Source: Planctomycetota bacterium
GTDB lineage: Bacteria > Planctomycetota > Planctomycetia > Pirellulales > UBA7805
Length of the DNA stretch: 64,000 nucleotides
Assembly (NCBI GenBank): GCA_003389215.1
Contig: QQVP01000134.1
Span: forward strand, 9,850-73,849
Direction of reading: 5' to 3'
Part shown: one piece after another, positions 21,609 to 30,685 of the stretch
Layout of the letters: every line of letters starts with the position of its first letter
Numbering within the stretch: the stretch's first letter is position 1
The notes under the pieces: generated by a model
The model's database searches: none
What the model saw: only the letters and a program-made list of their open reading frames with translations
What the model was told of the DNA's origin: nothing
Translations under genes and position numbers: made by a program

Positions 21609-21716
21609 GGCAATAGTTCCTGGCGGCTTTTCGTGATTCCTGGTTCGCAGTGCGTTACTTGGACTTATCGGTTTCTGGTTCGTCGTGGTGTCGGGACGTT
21701 GGTTGTGGGCATCGGC

Positions 21717-22007
21717 CTACACATCGTCGCAGACGTGTATCGTGTCGAGGATCGCCGCGTTGTAGGCGTCGATCGGTTTCATCTCGGGGTGAAAAGGCAT
21801 GGCCGCTTCACGACTCTCGCTCAACGCGATGAGCGTGTCGGGGCCCGCCCCCAATTCGTCGTAAACGACCAGGGGATCGGCCGTCGTCGTCGCAGGATCG
21901 CCCAGCTCCGCTTCGCTGAGCGGCACCGCCAGGCGATAGGAACCGCCGGCCAGCGTCGGATGACTGCGGCTGAGCGTGACGGTTCCAATGACCTTGGCAA
22001 TTCGCAT
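21717..22007 (-). CDS. BMC vertex protein (EutN/PduN/CcmL family, BMC-P)
   Basis: MRIAKVIGTVTLSRSHPTLAGGSYRLAVPL...PLVVYDELGAGPDTLIALSESREAAMPF; start at internal Met. Confidence 0.85.
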   Translation of the reverse strand: MRIAKVIGTVTLSRSHPTLAGGSYRLAVPLSEAELGDPATTTADPLVVYDELGAGPDTLIALSESREAAMPFHPEMKPIDAYNAAILDTIHVCDDV

Positions 22008-22026
22008 CGTTCTTACTTCCGGGGCC

Positions 22027-22284
22027 TTAGTCACAAATCCCCATGACACTCCACCGCACGGGCGTCGTGTCGCTGTCTAACAACTCGCGCGTGTACCGCC
22101 CGTCGGTCGTGAGCAGCACGCGTTGTCCCGCGCCGGCGCCCAGGGCATCGACGACGATGACCGGTTCGCCGTCGGCCGAGCGGCCATCGGCCATCAACAG
22201 GCGCACGATGAGCAGCTTCCAGCCCTCCATCGAGGCGTGCTTGACCGTGGCGGTCGCGGTGCCGATAACGCGGGCGAGCTGCAT
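22027..22284 (-). CDS. BMC vertex protein (BMC-P) paralog
   Basis: MQLARVIGTATATVKHASMEGWKLLIVRLL...PVIVVDALGAGAGQRVLLTTDG. Its ATG overlaps the TAA of the upstream ALDH gene (TAATG). Confidence 0.85.
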   Translation of the reverse strand: MQLARVIGTATATVKHASMEGWKLLIVRLLMADGRSADGEPVIVVDALGAGAGQRVLLTTDGRYTRELLDSDTTPVRWSVMGICD

Positions 22285-23783
22285 TACGCTTTCCCCAAAA
22301 TCCGCAAGTCGTCGATCAGCGAGCAACGTCGCTCGCGGGTGAAGGTCAGCGGCGTCGTCACGCCCTCGCCGGTCGGGGTGGCGATGGAGAACGACAGATA
22401 GCCTTCGCCGCCCAGCCCGAGCGACGACATGCACGGTCCGTTCTTGACGAACAGGGTCGTATCCATCACGCGACCCATGGTCGTCATGTTTCGCACGTTG
22501 TTCGAGTGGATGATCGCCGTGTGGCGGAAGCCGTGTTCGTGTTTCTGGGCCAGGGCAATCGCCTCGTCGACGTCGCGGCATCGCACGAAGGGCAAGAAGG
22601 GCATCATCTGCTCGACCGGCACGAAGGGATTTGTCTCGTCGGTCTCGCCAAAAATCATCAGCGTGTCGGCCGCGATCGGACGTCCCGCGCCGCGGGCCAG
22701 CACCGACGCGTCCTTGCCCAGGAACTCCTTGCACGGCACGTCGTGCCGATCGGCCCCTTCGCCCACCGAAGTGATGGCGACGCTGGTCAGTTTGTCAATC
22801 TCGCTACAACTGAGCCGCACGGCGCCGGCCCGTTCCATCGACTGCAGCATGCGGTCGAACACGGAGTCGACGACGAAGACCTCCTTCTCGGCGATACAGA
22901 GCAGATTGTTGTCGTACGAGCCGCCTTGAATGATGGCCCGCGCGGCCCGGTCGAGATCGGCCGTCTCGTCGACGACAACCGGCGGATTGCCGGGCCCCGC
23001 CACGATGGCTCGCTTGCCACTGTTGAGCGCCGCTCGCGCCACGGCCGGTCCGCCGGTCACGCAGATCAACTTGACGCCGCGATGGCTGAAGATGGCGTTG
23101 GCCGAGTCGAGTGTCGGCTCGGCGATGACGCAGATCAGGTTGTCGATTCCCAGGTCTTTGGCAATCGCCTGGTTGAATCGCCGTACGCCCTCGGCCGCCA
23201 CGCGTTTGCCGCTGGGGTGCGGATTCACGACCAGCGTGTTCCCGCCGGCGATCATGCTCACGGCGTTGCCGGTAATGGTGGGCAGGCTGTGGGTGACCGG
23301 GGTAATGGCACCAATGACACCAAAAGGGGCGTGCTCGATCACGGCCAGGCCGTGGTCGCCGCTGTAGACGTCGCTCCGCATGAACTCGACGCCGGGCGTC
23401 TTCAGGCCGAGCGTCTTGAGCTTCTCGATCTTGTGTTCCAGCCGGCCGATCTTGGTCTCGTTCATCTCCATCGTGCCGAGTTCGACCGACTGATCGATCG
23501 AGATGCGGCGGATGTGCTTGATGATTCGCTCGCGGTCTTCCAGCGTGCAAGCACTGAGTTGTTCGAAGGCTTCCGTGGCGGCGGCCACCGCTTCGTCGAC
23601 GTCGTGAAACACGCCGTGGCGTCCGTGATAGGACGGGCTCGTGACGGGGGCGGGTACCGCTGCGGCAGCGGAGGCCGTGGACGCACGCGCCGTCGAGGGC
23701 ACGACCGACGGGCCTGCGGGGCTCCCCATCTCCTGTAGGACTTGGGCAACGACGTCACGGACCAGGGCTTCGTTGACGCTCAT
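22284..23783 (-). CDS. CoA-acylating aldehyde dehydrogenase (PduP/EutE-like) with N-terminal encapsulation peptide
   Basis: N-terminal amphipathic helix VNEALVRDVVAQVLQEM followed by a Pro/Ala/Ser linker. ALDH core with catalytic-Cys motif NLLCIAEKE. Confidence 0.9.
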   Translation of the reverse strand: MSVNEALVRDVVAQVLQEMGSPAGPSVVPSTARASTASAAAAVPAPVTSPSYHGRHGVFHDVDEAVAAATEAFEQLSACTLEDRERIIKHIRRISIDQSVELGTMEMNETKIGRLEHKIEKLKTLGLKTPGVEFMRSDVYSGDHGLAVIEHAPFGVIGAITPVTHSLPTITGNAVSMIAGGNTLVVNPHPSGKRVAAEGVRRFNQAIAKDLGIDNLICVIAEPTLDSANAIFSHRGVKLICVTGGPAVARAALNSGKRAIVAGPGNPPVVVDETADLDRAARAIIQGGSYDNNLLCIAEKEVFVVDSVFDRMLQSMERAGAVRLSCSEIDKLTSVAITSVGEGADRHDVPCKEFLGKDASVLARGAGRPIAADTLMIFGETDETNPFVPVEQMMPFLPFVRCRDVDEAIALAQKHEHGFRHTAIIHSNNVRNMTTMGRVMDTTLFVKNGPCMSSLGLGGEGYLSFSIATPTGEGVTTPLTFTRERRCSLIDDLRILGKA

Positions 23784-23889
23784 GATGGTTGTCTCGCTTG
23801 CTGCTTAATCGTGTGTCTTTGTTCAATCTGGCTCGGCGTTGAGTCGGGTTCGGCGGCAGCGGCGATTGGCCGCGCGGCCGGTCAGGGCG

Positions 23890-24201
23890 TTACTGCTCGC
23901 GCGAGTAAACGCAGTGGTTCTCCACGTGTACCGTGTCGACGATGCCGATAATCACCGCGTCGATCGGCAGGTTCTTCGTCTCGGGCGTCAAGCGGGCGCT
24001 CGACCCCTGCGTGATGAGGACGTACTCGCCCTCGCCGGCGCCGATCGTGTCGATCGCCACGAAGGTACGACCCGTGGTGGTCAGACTCTTCCGCTTCTCG
24101 GCTTCCAGGCGATACGGTTCGACGACCATCAGCTTGTGACCGACGACCTCGCCGACCTTCTGTGTCGCCACTACCGAGCCGGTAACTTTTGCTACGAACA
24201 T
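23890..24201 (-). CDS. BMC vertex protein (BMC-P) paralog
   Basis: MFVAKVTGSVVATQKVGEVVGHKLMVVEP...TFVAIDTIGAGEGEYVLITQGSSARL; start at internal Met. The long ORF-track extension is non-coding-like. Confidence 0.85.
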   Translation of the reverse strand: MFVAKVTGSVVATQKVGEVVGHKLMVVEPYRLEAEKRKSLTTTGRTFVAIDTIGAGEGEYVLITQGSSARLTPETKNLPIDAVIIGIVDTVHVENHCVYSREQ

Positions 24202-24244
24202 GTTCGGGTTTCCCGTAGAAGGACGTGGCCCTCTTTCTGAATTG

Positions 24245-24278
24245 CCAGCGCCTAAGTTTCCAGCGCCTAGTTTTCCAG
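24245..24278. repeat. tandem direct repeat CCAGCGCCTAAGTTT / CCAGCGCCTAGTTTT (+CCAG) spanning the ackA stop codon
   Basis: Two adjacent 15-nt units differing at 2 positions. Shares a CTAG(G)CGC core with the repeat upstream of ackA. Confidence 0.5.
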
Positions 24279-25451
24279 GTGTTCTCTTGCTTGCCGGGCG
24301 ACGATGATCTCCTCGTTCGTCGGCACGACCCAAACTTGCACGCGACTCTCCGCCGCGTTGATTTGCGACTCGCCGCGGGCCGCTTCGTTGGCCGCCTGGT
24401 CGAGCACGATGCCAAGCTCGCTCAGCTCCGCACAGACGGCCGCCCGAATGCGGGTGCCGTTCTCGCCAATGCCGCCGGTGAAGACGATCGCATCGGCCCC
24501 ACCCAGCTCGACCAGGTACGCACCCAGGTAGTGCCGCACGCTGGCGATGAACATGTCGAGGGCCAGCTGCGCCTGGTGGTTGCCAGCCGCGGCGGCCTCT
24601 TCCAAGTCGCGAATGTCGCCACTGACTCCGCTGACGCCCAGCAGGCCTCCTTCGTTGGCCATCGCGGCCAGCACCTCGTCGAGCGTCTTCTCCGTCCGCT
24701 TGATGAGCTGGGGCAGGGCATAGGGATCGAAGTCGCCGACGCGATTGTTGTGCGGCAAGCCCGACTGAGGACTCATGCCCATACTCGTGGCGACGCTCGC
24801 CCCGTCGCGAATCGCGGCCAGGCTGCTCGAACCCCCGAGGTGACAGGAGATGATCCGCAAGTCGCGGCGACCCAACAGTTCGTTCATCCGCGTGGCAATG
24901 TAGCAATGGCTCGCGCCGTGGAAGCCCCACTTCCGCACATGAAACTCTTCGGCCCACGAACGCGGAATCGCATACGTCCGATTGCACTCGGGAATCGAAG
25001 CGTGGAAGCCGGTCTCGAACGCCGCCACCAGCGGAATCTCGGGCAACTGCTCGCGCAACTGCCGTATGGCCGCGATGTAGGGTGGGTTGTGGGCCGGGGC
25101 TACTTCGTTCATCTCTTCCATCGCTGCGAGGACGTCCTCATCAATCCGCTGCACGCCGCTCAGGCGGCCGCCGTGAACCGCCTTGAAACCGATCGCCGAA
25201 ACTTCGCCGGCATCCGTCAGGCATCCGTGTTCGGTGTCGGTCAATTGGGCCAGGCACCGTCGCACCGCCTCGGCATGATCGGGCACTTCGGCCACCAGCT
25301 CGTCGCGATACTCGCCGATCTCGGCCACGCAGCGACTTTCCGCCGAGCCGATCCGATCGATTCCGCCACGGGCCAGCTGCCGCTCGTCCGTCATGTCGAA
25401 CAGACGATACTTGAAGCTCGTCGAGCCCAAGTTGGCGACCAGGACCTTCAT
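24267..25451 (-). CDS. ackA: acetate (propionate) kinase
   Basis: [20 protein letters not shown]... full-length acetate kinase. SD AAGGAG 9 nt upstream of the ATG. Confidence 0.9.
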   Translation of the reverse strand: MKVLVANLGSTSFKYRLFDMTDERQLARGGIDRIGSAESRCVAEIGEYRDELVAEVPDHAEAVRRCLAQLTDTEHGCLTDAGEVSAIGFKAVHGGRLSGVQRIDEDVLAAMEEMNEVAPAHNPPYIAAIRQLREQLPEIPLVAAFETGFHASIPECNRTYAIPRSWAEEFHVRKWGFHGASHCYIATRMNELLGRRDLRIISCHLGGSSSLAAIRDGASVATSMGMSPQSGLPHNNRVGDFDPYALPQLIKRTEKTLDEVLAAMANEGGLLGVSGVSGDIRDLEEAAAAGNHQAQLALDMFIASVRHYLGAYLVELGGADAIVFTGGIGENGTRIRAAVCAELSELGIVLDQAANEAARGESQINAAESRVQVWVVPTNEEIIVARQAREHLEN

Positions 25452-25466
25452 GCCGTGTGCTCCTTG

Positions 25467-25506
25467 CTGGTGACTGGGGGCGCTAGTGACGGGGGGCGCT
25501 AGTGAC
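25467..25506. repeat. tandem direct repeat (GGGGGCGCTAGTGAC x2 plus partial third GCTGGTGAC) immediately upstream of ackA
   Basis: On the coding (minus) strand: GTCACTAGCGCCCCCC GTCACTAGCGCCCCC AGTCACCAGC, then AAGGAG SD, then ATG. Confidence 0.5.
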
Positions 25507-25598
25507 CGAGAGGGCCGCCTGTGTGACGGATGCCGCTCAGGCCCTTGCCGCGCGGGCGCGATTCGCCTGCGACCGCGTCACGTCCTTCAAATAGGCCG

Positions 25599-25868
25599 TT
25601 ACTTCAGGTACGCCTCGACCAGACCTTCGGCCGGACGGGGGATCACGTGACTCGAGACCAGCTCGCCGACCTGGTTGGCCGCGTTGGCACCGGCTTCGAC
25701 CGCCGCGCGCACGCTGCCGACGTCGCCTTTGACGATCGTGGTCAACAGGGCGCCGCCGATCTGCACGCGCTTCACGATTTCGACGTTCGCCGCTTTGGCC
25801 ATCGCGTCGGTCGCCTCGACCAACGGCACCAGGCCGCGGGTTTCAATCATTCCGATTGCATGTTCCAT
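25599..25868 (-). CDS. BMC shell protein, hexamer type (BMC-H, PduA/EutM-like)
   Basis: AIGMIETRGLVPLVEATDAMAKAANVEIV...GDVGSVRAAVEAG. Confidence 0.9.
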   Translation of the reverse strand: MEHAIGMIETRGLVPLVEATDAMAKAANVEIVKRVQIGGALLTTIVKGDVGSVRAAVEAGANAANQVGELVSSHVIPRPAEGLVEAYLK

Positions 25869-25982
25869 TGTGTTGTTCCTCAGAGTGTTTTTGAGTCAAG
25901 TTTGCTGAGTGTTTGTTTGCCGGAGGGTCCGTGACGTACGACCCGCAGTGAGGGCCTCAACGTCGACCCCTCGATCACCGCA

Positions 25983-26276
25983 CTACTTGGCGCCCGCCGC
26001 CGGACCGAGGGCAATGTTCAGATCCTCGTGTGGGCGGGGAATCACTTGCACGCTGATCACTTCGCCGACGCGGCCGGCCGCACTGGCTCCGGCGTCGGTC
26101 GCCGCCTTCACCGCCGCCACGTCGCCGGTCACAAAGGCCGACACCATCCCGCTGCCGACTTTGTCCCAGCCCAGAAACTGGACATTGGCAGCCTTCATCA
26201 TCGCGTCGCTCGCCTCGACCAGGGCAATAAAACCCTTCGTCTCGATCATGCCGAGCGCCTCTTGAACTTTTGCCAT
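25983..26276 (-). CDS. BMC shell protein, hexamer type (BMC-H) paralog
   Basis: [36 protein letters not shown]...[13 protein letters not shown]; start at internal Met. Confidence 0.9.
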   Translation of the reverse strand: MAKVQEALGMIETKGFIALVEASDAMMKAANVQFLGWDKVGSGMVSAFVTGDVAAVKAATDAGASAAGRVGEVISVQVIPRPHEDLNIALGPAAGAK

Positions 26277-26402
26277 AGCAAGAATCTCCCAAAGAACCAA
26301 AAACCATTTCCTCGAGTGAGGAGTCTGTCAACCAAAGTTGTCTCGTTCGGTGTCCCTTCGCGGGGCGGCTCGGGTCCTCGTCCAACCCGCCGCCCGTTTC
26401 AT

Positions 26403-27068
26403 TTACTGTTTCAATAACTCGCACTTCGTGGCGTGTTCCAAGTCGGCCGCGTTGCCTTCGTCGGTGTCGAGGTGAACTTCCAACTTGCTGGTGGCGTCGG
26501 CCCGCACCAGCAGATCTTCGAGCACAACGCTGCAGCTCGACTCGATGCGCAGGTTCATGCGATCGCCGTTGGCCACGCCAAATCGCTCCGCGTCGGCAAA
26601 GTTCATGTGGACGTGTCGCTCGGCGCGAATCACGCCTTGCTCGAGCTCCACGACACCTGCCGGACCGACCAAGACACAGCCCGGCGTACCTTCGATCTTG
26701 CCGCTGGCGCGAACCGGCGCGTCGATGCCTAGCGAGATGGCGTCGGTAAAGGCCAGCTCCACCTGGCCGTGCGGTCGCGTGGGACCCAGAATGCGGACGG
26801 TCGGCAGCATCCGCTTCCGCGGGCCGACCAGCATCACGGTCTCTTCGGCCGCGTAGAAGCCGTCCTGATAGAGTTCCTTCATGGGCGTCAGCGTACGGCC
26901 CGGTCCAAATAGCGTCTCAACCTGCTCATCGGTCAGGTGGACGTGACGTGCCGAAATGCTCACAACCAGTTCGCGCTCCGGCGCGGCCGCCGGAGCCGGG
27001 GAACGCAACACAATGTCACGGACGATGCGTTCGACGGTGTCACGATCGATGGGGGCGGCATTAATCAT
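26403..27068 (-). CDS. pduL: PduL-type phosphotransacylase with N-terminal encapsulation peptide
   Basis: N-terminal amphipathic helix [17 protein letters not shown] plus PAPAAAP linker, then PduL-fold repeats (ISARHVHL..., [14 protein letters not shown]). Start could also be the upstream Met at 27089. Confidence 0.85.
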   Translation of the reverse strand: MINAAPIDRDTVERIVRDIVLRSPAPAAAPERELVVSISARHVHLTDEQVETLFGPGRTLTPMKELYQDGFYAAEETVMLVGPRKRMLPTVRILGPTRPHGQVELAFTDAISLGIDAPVRASGKIEGTPGCVLVGPAGVVELEQGVIRAERHVHMNFADAERFGVANGDRMNLRIESSCSVVLEDLLVRADATSKLEVHLDTDEGNAADLEHATKCELLKQ

Positions 27069-27116
27069 AGGTGTTTCTCGGGTTGGCAAGGCTCCGCACT
27101 GGGGAGCCCCGATGGG

Positions 27117-27920
27117 TTACGGCTTCCCGGCCGCTTTCGCTTCGCCGAGCGACGGAGCGACCAGCAACTCGACGCCCGAGTCGCGGAGCTGCTCCTGCCA
27201 CGATGAGCTGATCTGCTCGTCGACCACGAGTCGATCGATTTCGTCGAGGCTGCCGACGTGAGCCAGGCTGCGGTGGCCGAATTTGGTGCTGTCGGCAACG
27301 ACGATCACCTCGTCGGCCATTTGGATCATGGCCCGCTGGGTTTCGACCTGTAAGACGTTGCTGTTGTAGTAGCCCTGTTCGTTGATCGCGGCGACGCTGA
27401 TCACGGCGCGACGGACGTTCAACTCGGCCAGCATCCGCGTGGTGTAGGGCCCCATCGTCACGCCGGTTCGCGGGTGAACGTTCCCGCCCACGAATACGAG
27501 ATCGCTGTCGGCGCTCGACGCGAACAGATTCGCCACCGGCATGGAGTTGGTCACCACCTGCAGCGGCCGACCCGCCAGCAGCCGTCCAACTTCATAGGTC
27601 GTGCTTCCGCCGTCCAGAAGCAATGTGTCGCCATCCTCGATCAGTCCGGCGGCAACCTGGGCGATTGATCGCTTCTTGTCCCACTCCGCCTCCTGACGAT
27701 CCTTGAAGTGGGGAAACTCCGGCGAGCCCCCGGTGTAGAAGGCGCCACCGTGAGTCCGCTTCGCGGCGCCCACCTCTTCGAGATGTTCCAAGTCGCGACG
27801 AACCGTCGACTCCGAGACGGCGAGTTCGCCCGCCAGCTCGGGCAGCGACGCGAATCCGCGCGCGCGAACGAGGTCGAGAAGTTGCGAACGTCGATCTTCG
27901 GCAAGCGGTGGGGAGGGCAT
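27117..27920 (-). CDS. DeoR/GlpR-family transcriptional regulator (first gene of the BMC operon)
   Basis: N-terminal HTH (QLLDLVRARGFASLPELAGELAVSESTVRRDLEHLEE) plus DeoR C-terminal sugar-phosphate-binding domain. Confidence 0.85.
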   Translation of the reverse strand: MPSPPLAEDRRSQLLDLVRARGFASLPELAGELAVSESTVRRDLEHLEEVGAAKRTHGGAFYTGGSPEFPHFKDRQEAEWDKKRSIAQVAAGLIEDGDTLLLDGGSTTYEVGRLLAGRPLQVVTNSMPVANLFASSADSDLVFVGGNVHPRTGVTMGPYTTRMLAELNVRRAVISVAAINEQGYYNSNVLQVETQRAMIQMADEVIVVADSTKFGHRSLAHVGSLDEIDRLVVDEQISSSWQEQLRDSGVELLVAPSLGEAKAAGKP

Positions 27921-27941
27921 AGAACCGACGAGAAGATGCAA

Positions 27942-28268
27942 GTGCCTGACGGTACTTAATCAATTCTGGGCGAAAACATGCTCATTTGCAATCTCCTTCT
28001 GGTATTAATATTTCATCATCGTGACGGATATCTTTCATTTGGCCCTCCCCGCTTCAGCCTGGCCGTCGCTTTCTTGAGACGCAAGTCATTTTCATGCAAT
28101 TGGTTACGTCGTCCTAATCGCGGCCACAGCGGGGCTTTGCGGCCTGCTGCAAAGCGACCGATCCGCACCTCGAACAGGGGGGGTATTCAAGCATCCGGGG
28201 CTGCGGCAGAATCGCGAGCCGCGTTGCCGACTCGGCTCGCTCCAGACACCAAGTGGGACCGAAACGTC
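27942..28268. promoter_or_regulatory. AT-rich divergent promoter/operator region between the DeoR-BMC operon and rhaB
   Basis: Markedly AT-rich block (ttgcaatctccttctggtattaatatttcatcatcgtgacggatatctttcatttgg) in a high-GC genome. An 8-bp-stem hairpin GCGAGCCG..CGGCTCGC sits just upstream of rhaB. Confidence 0.4.
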
Positions 28269-29762
28269 ATGGCGGGAAATGCCTACATCGCGATTGATCT
28301 GGGGGCCGAATCGGGACGCACGATCGTCGGCCTCGTCGACCGAGGTCGCCTACATCTGGCAGAGATTCATCGCTTCCGCCATCTCGCGCGGCAACTGCCC
28401 AGCGGTCTGCACTGGGATCTGATGGGCTTGTGGGGCAACATCCTCGAGGGGGTCGCGTGTGCGGTCGACTGGGCCGACAGCCAGGGCCAAACGCTCACCT
28501 CGCTGGGCGTCGACACCTGGGGCGTCGACTATGCTCTGCTGGGCCAGAGCGGTGAGCTACTCGCGATGCCGCACTGTTATCGCGACGAACGAAACAACGT
28601 GGCCTTCGATCGTGCGGTTGAGGCGGTCGGGGCCGAAACGCTCTACGATGCCACCGGCATCCAGCTGCTGCCGCTCAACACGCTCTTCCAGGTGCTCGCC
28701 CAGCACGCGGCCGAACCAGAGCTACTCTCCAGGGCCCAACAGCTACTCTTCATTCCCGATCTGTTGCACTACTTCTTCACGGGTCGGACCACGTGCGAGG
28801 CGACGATTGCGTCGACGAGCCAAATGACCGACGCCCGCACGGGCACGTGGAATCTCGATCTGCTCGCCAAGCTCGCGCTGCCGACACAGATGCTGCAGGA
28901 CATCGTGCCGCCCGGCACGAATGTCGGCACGATCCTTCCGCACGTCGCCGCCGCCACCGGAGCCAGTGAGCAACTGCAGGTCGTCGCCCCGGCATCACAC
29001 GATACCGCCTCGGCAATTGCCGCCGTGCCCGCGGAAGTCGGCACGAGTTGGGCCTACATTTCCAGCGGCACCTGGTCGCTGATGGGCGCCGAGCTTCCGG
29101 GCCCGTGCGTTACCCCCGCGGCCCGCGCGGCGAACTTCACCAACGAAGGCGGCGTCGACGGTACGATCCGTTTCCTAAAGAACCTGATTGGCTTGTGGCC
29201 GGTGCAAGAGTGCCGCCGCGCCCTGGAGAATTCGGGCCAGACGCTCGACTATGCGGCGCTCACCGCGGCGGCTGCGGACGCCGAGCCGTTCCGGACGTTG
29301 CTCGACTTGAACTACCCACCGCTGATGTCGCCGGGCGAGATGCCTCGGAAGATCGCCGACTTTGCCCGGGCAAGTGGACAACCGGAACCGGAGTCGGCTG
29401 GCCAGCTGGTTCGTTGTTGTCTGGAAAGCCTGGCGCTGCTCTATCGTCGCACGCTCGACGAGCTGGAGGCCGTGCTGGAGCGGAAGTTTGATGTGCTGCA
29501 CGTCGTGGGTGGTGGGGGGCGCAATGAACTGTTGAATCAATTCACGGCCAATGCCGTCGGTCGTCCCGTCGTTGTCGGTCCGGAAGAAGCGACCGCCGCG
29601 GGCAATGTCCTCGTGCAGGCCATGGCCGCGGGACAAATCGCCAATCTGGCCGAGCTGCGAAAGGTGGTGCGGACCTCGTTCGAGCCGAAGCGCTACGAGC
29701 CGGAAGACACCGACGCCTGGTCCGCCGCCGCCGCACGGTTCGCAGAGATCATCGGCGGCTAG
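28269..29762 (+). CDS. rhaB: rhamnulokinase-like FGGY-family sugar kinase
   Basis: Start at MAGNAYIAIDLGAESGRTIVG. FGGY N- and C-domains (HVVGGGGRNELLNQFTANA). The 97-codon ORF-track extension is AT-rich non-coding. Confidence 0.75.
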   Translation: MAGNAYIAIDLGAESGRTIVGLVDRGRLHLAEIHRFRHLARQLPSGLHWDLMGLWGNILEGVACAVDWADSQGQTLTSLGVDTWGVDYALLGQSGELLAMPHCYRDERNNVAFDRAVEAVGAETLYDATGIQLLPLNTLFQVLAQHAAEPELLSRAQQLLFIPDLLHYFFTGRTTCEATIASTSQMTDARTGTWNLDLLAKLALPTQMLQDIVPPGTNVGTILPHVAAATGASEQLQVVAPASHDTASAIAAVPAEVGTSWAYISSGTWSLMGAELPGPCVTPAARAANFTNEGGVDGTIRFLKNLIGLWPVQECRRALENSGQTLDYAALTAAAADAEPFRTLLDLNYPPLMSPGEMPRKIADFARASGQPEPESAGQLVRCCLESLALLYRRTLDELEAVLERKFDVLHVVGGGGRNELLNQFTANAVGRPVVVGPEEATAAGNVLVQAMAAGQIANLAELRKVVRTSFEPKRYEPEDTDAWSAAAARFAEIIGG

Positions 29763-29819
29763 GACCGCGATTCGACACCGCGGGCAGCCGATGCTGAGCA
29801 ACGCCAATCTTCGCGCGGC

Positions 29820-30170
29820 CTACGGCCAGCGGGCGCCACAATCTCGCAGGTCCGCGGCATCGAGCTGGTAGAGGTACGTCTCGGCGTCGGTGACGTCTGG
29901 GGGCTCGGCGAGCGCGACCGGTTGCCGGCGAAAGAGCCGCGGCACGTCTTCAATCTGGTCGAGCCGAGCGAGGCACCCGTCGTCGACCTCCCAGAGCTCG
30001 CCCTCGACGGCCACTCCTGGCACGGCATCAACCAGGGCCGGATAAGCTCCGGTGTCGAAAAGTCGATAGTATGCTAACGTTCTTGCAGGCGAAACGAATT
30101 GCTGATCGTCCAGCGCGGCAGAACGCGAGTACCCGCGTTTGAGCGTTCCGTAGATGAACAGCTTGGTCAT
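29820..30170 (-). CDS. gamma-glutamyl cyclotransferase (AIG2/GGCT-like) family protein
   Basis: MTKLFIYGTLKRGYSRS...ELWEVDD matches the YGTLKRG GGCT-like fold signature. Confidence 0.7.
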   Translation of the reverse strand: MTKLFIYGTLKRGYSRSAALDDQQFVSPARTLAYYRLFDTGAYPALVDAVPGVAVEGELWEVDDGCLARLDQIEDVPRLFRRQPVALAEPPDVTDAETYLYQLDAADLRDCGARWP

Positions 30171-30389
30171 ACGGATCGGGGTCGGGAAGCGGGCGGGCAG
30201 GGCTGCCAGTTTGGCAGATCTTCAGGGCGGTCGCGGTCCGAGATCTCGACCGCGCGCGGTCGAAACTGTCGCATTTTGCAACGGTTTACGGCGGGTCCCT
30301 TCCCGCAGGCCGGTCAGCGGTGTTGCGCTAACCCAACTATAGATAAATACTTACAAAAATAACACTTTTGCGTGGTTTGCCCTTCGGAC

Positions 30390-30425
30390 GGCTTTGCTTA
30401 GAATGCATTGGAGCCGGAGAGGTCT
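30390..30425 (+). promoter_or_regulatory. putative sigma70-like promoter (TTTGCC -17- TAGAAT) driving a ~250-nt structured leader
   Basis: AT-rich island ctatagataaatacttacaaaaataacacttttgcgtggTTTGCCcttcggacggctttgctTAGAATgc. Downstream leader has a 9-bp hairpin CGAACTTCA(tcccc)TGAAGTTCG and others. Confidence 0.3.
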
Positions 30426-30685
30426 GGCAGCCTTCACGAATCCTACCTATTGATCTTGCCAGTTCTCTGCCTGTCACGCAAATCGGAACCGCGAGCCCGT
30501 CTGGGATCCCCTCCCGCGGACGGCTCTCGTGAGGATAGCGATGACAGCCGCGAACTTCATCCCCTGAAGTTCGGACCAATGCCGGGACGACCGATCAAGT
30601 CGTTCTAACTGCTGAGGTAGCTTCCATTTCGAGCGAGCGGTTCGTCTGCATGGACGTCCCGCCTTGTGTCATTCATTGGAGTTGA

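Noticed and set aside
22285-22734. Long N-terminal extension of the BMC-P ORF 22027-22734
   Set aside because: Extension overlaps the ALDH gene in another frame and is Arg/Asp-rich; the BMC-P domain starts at the internal Met (MQLARVIG) with a TAATG coupling.
24202-24987. Long N-terminal extension of the BMC-P ORF 23890-24987
   Set aside because: Extension overlaps ackA on the same strand in another frame and is Arg/Gly-rich; the real protein begins at MFVAKVTG (24201).
24245-25506. Possible CRISPR array, suggested by the short tandem repeats near ackA
   Set aside because: Only 2-3 units, 15-16 nt long, no spacers of regular size, no cas genes; they fit regulatory direct repeats rather than a CRISPR.
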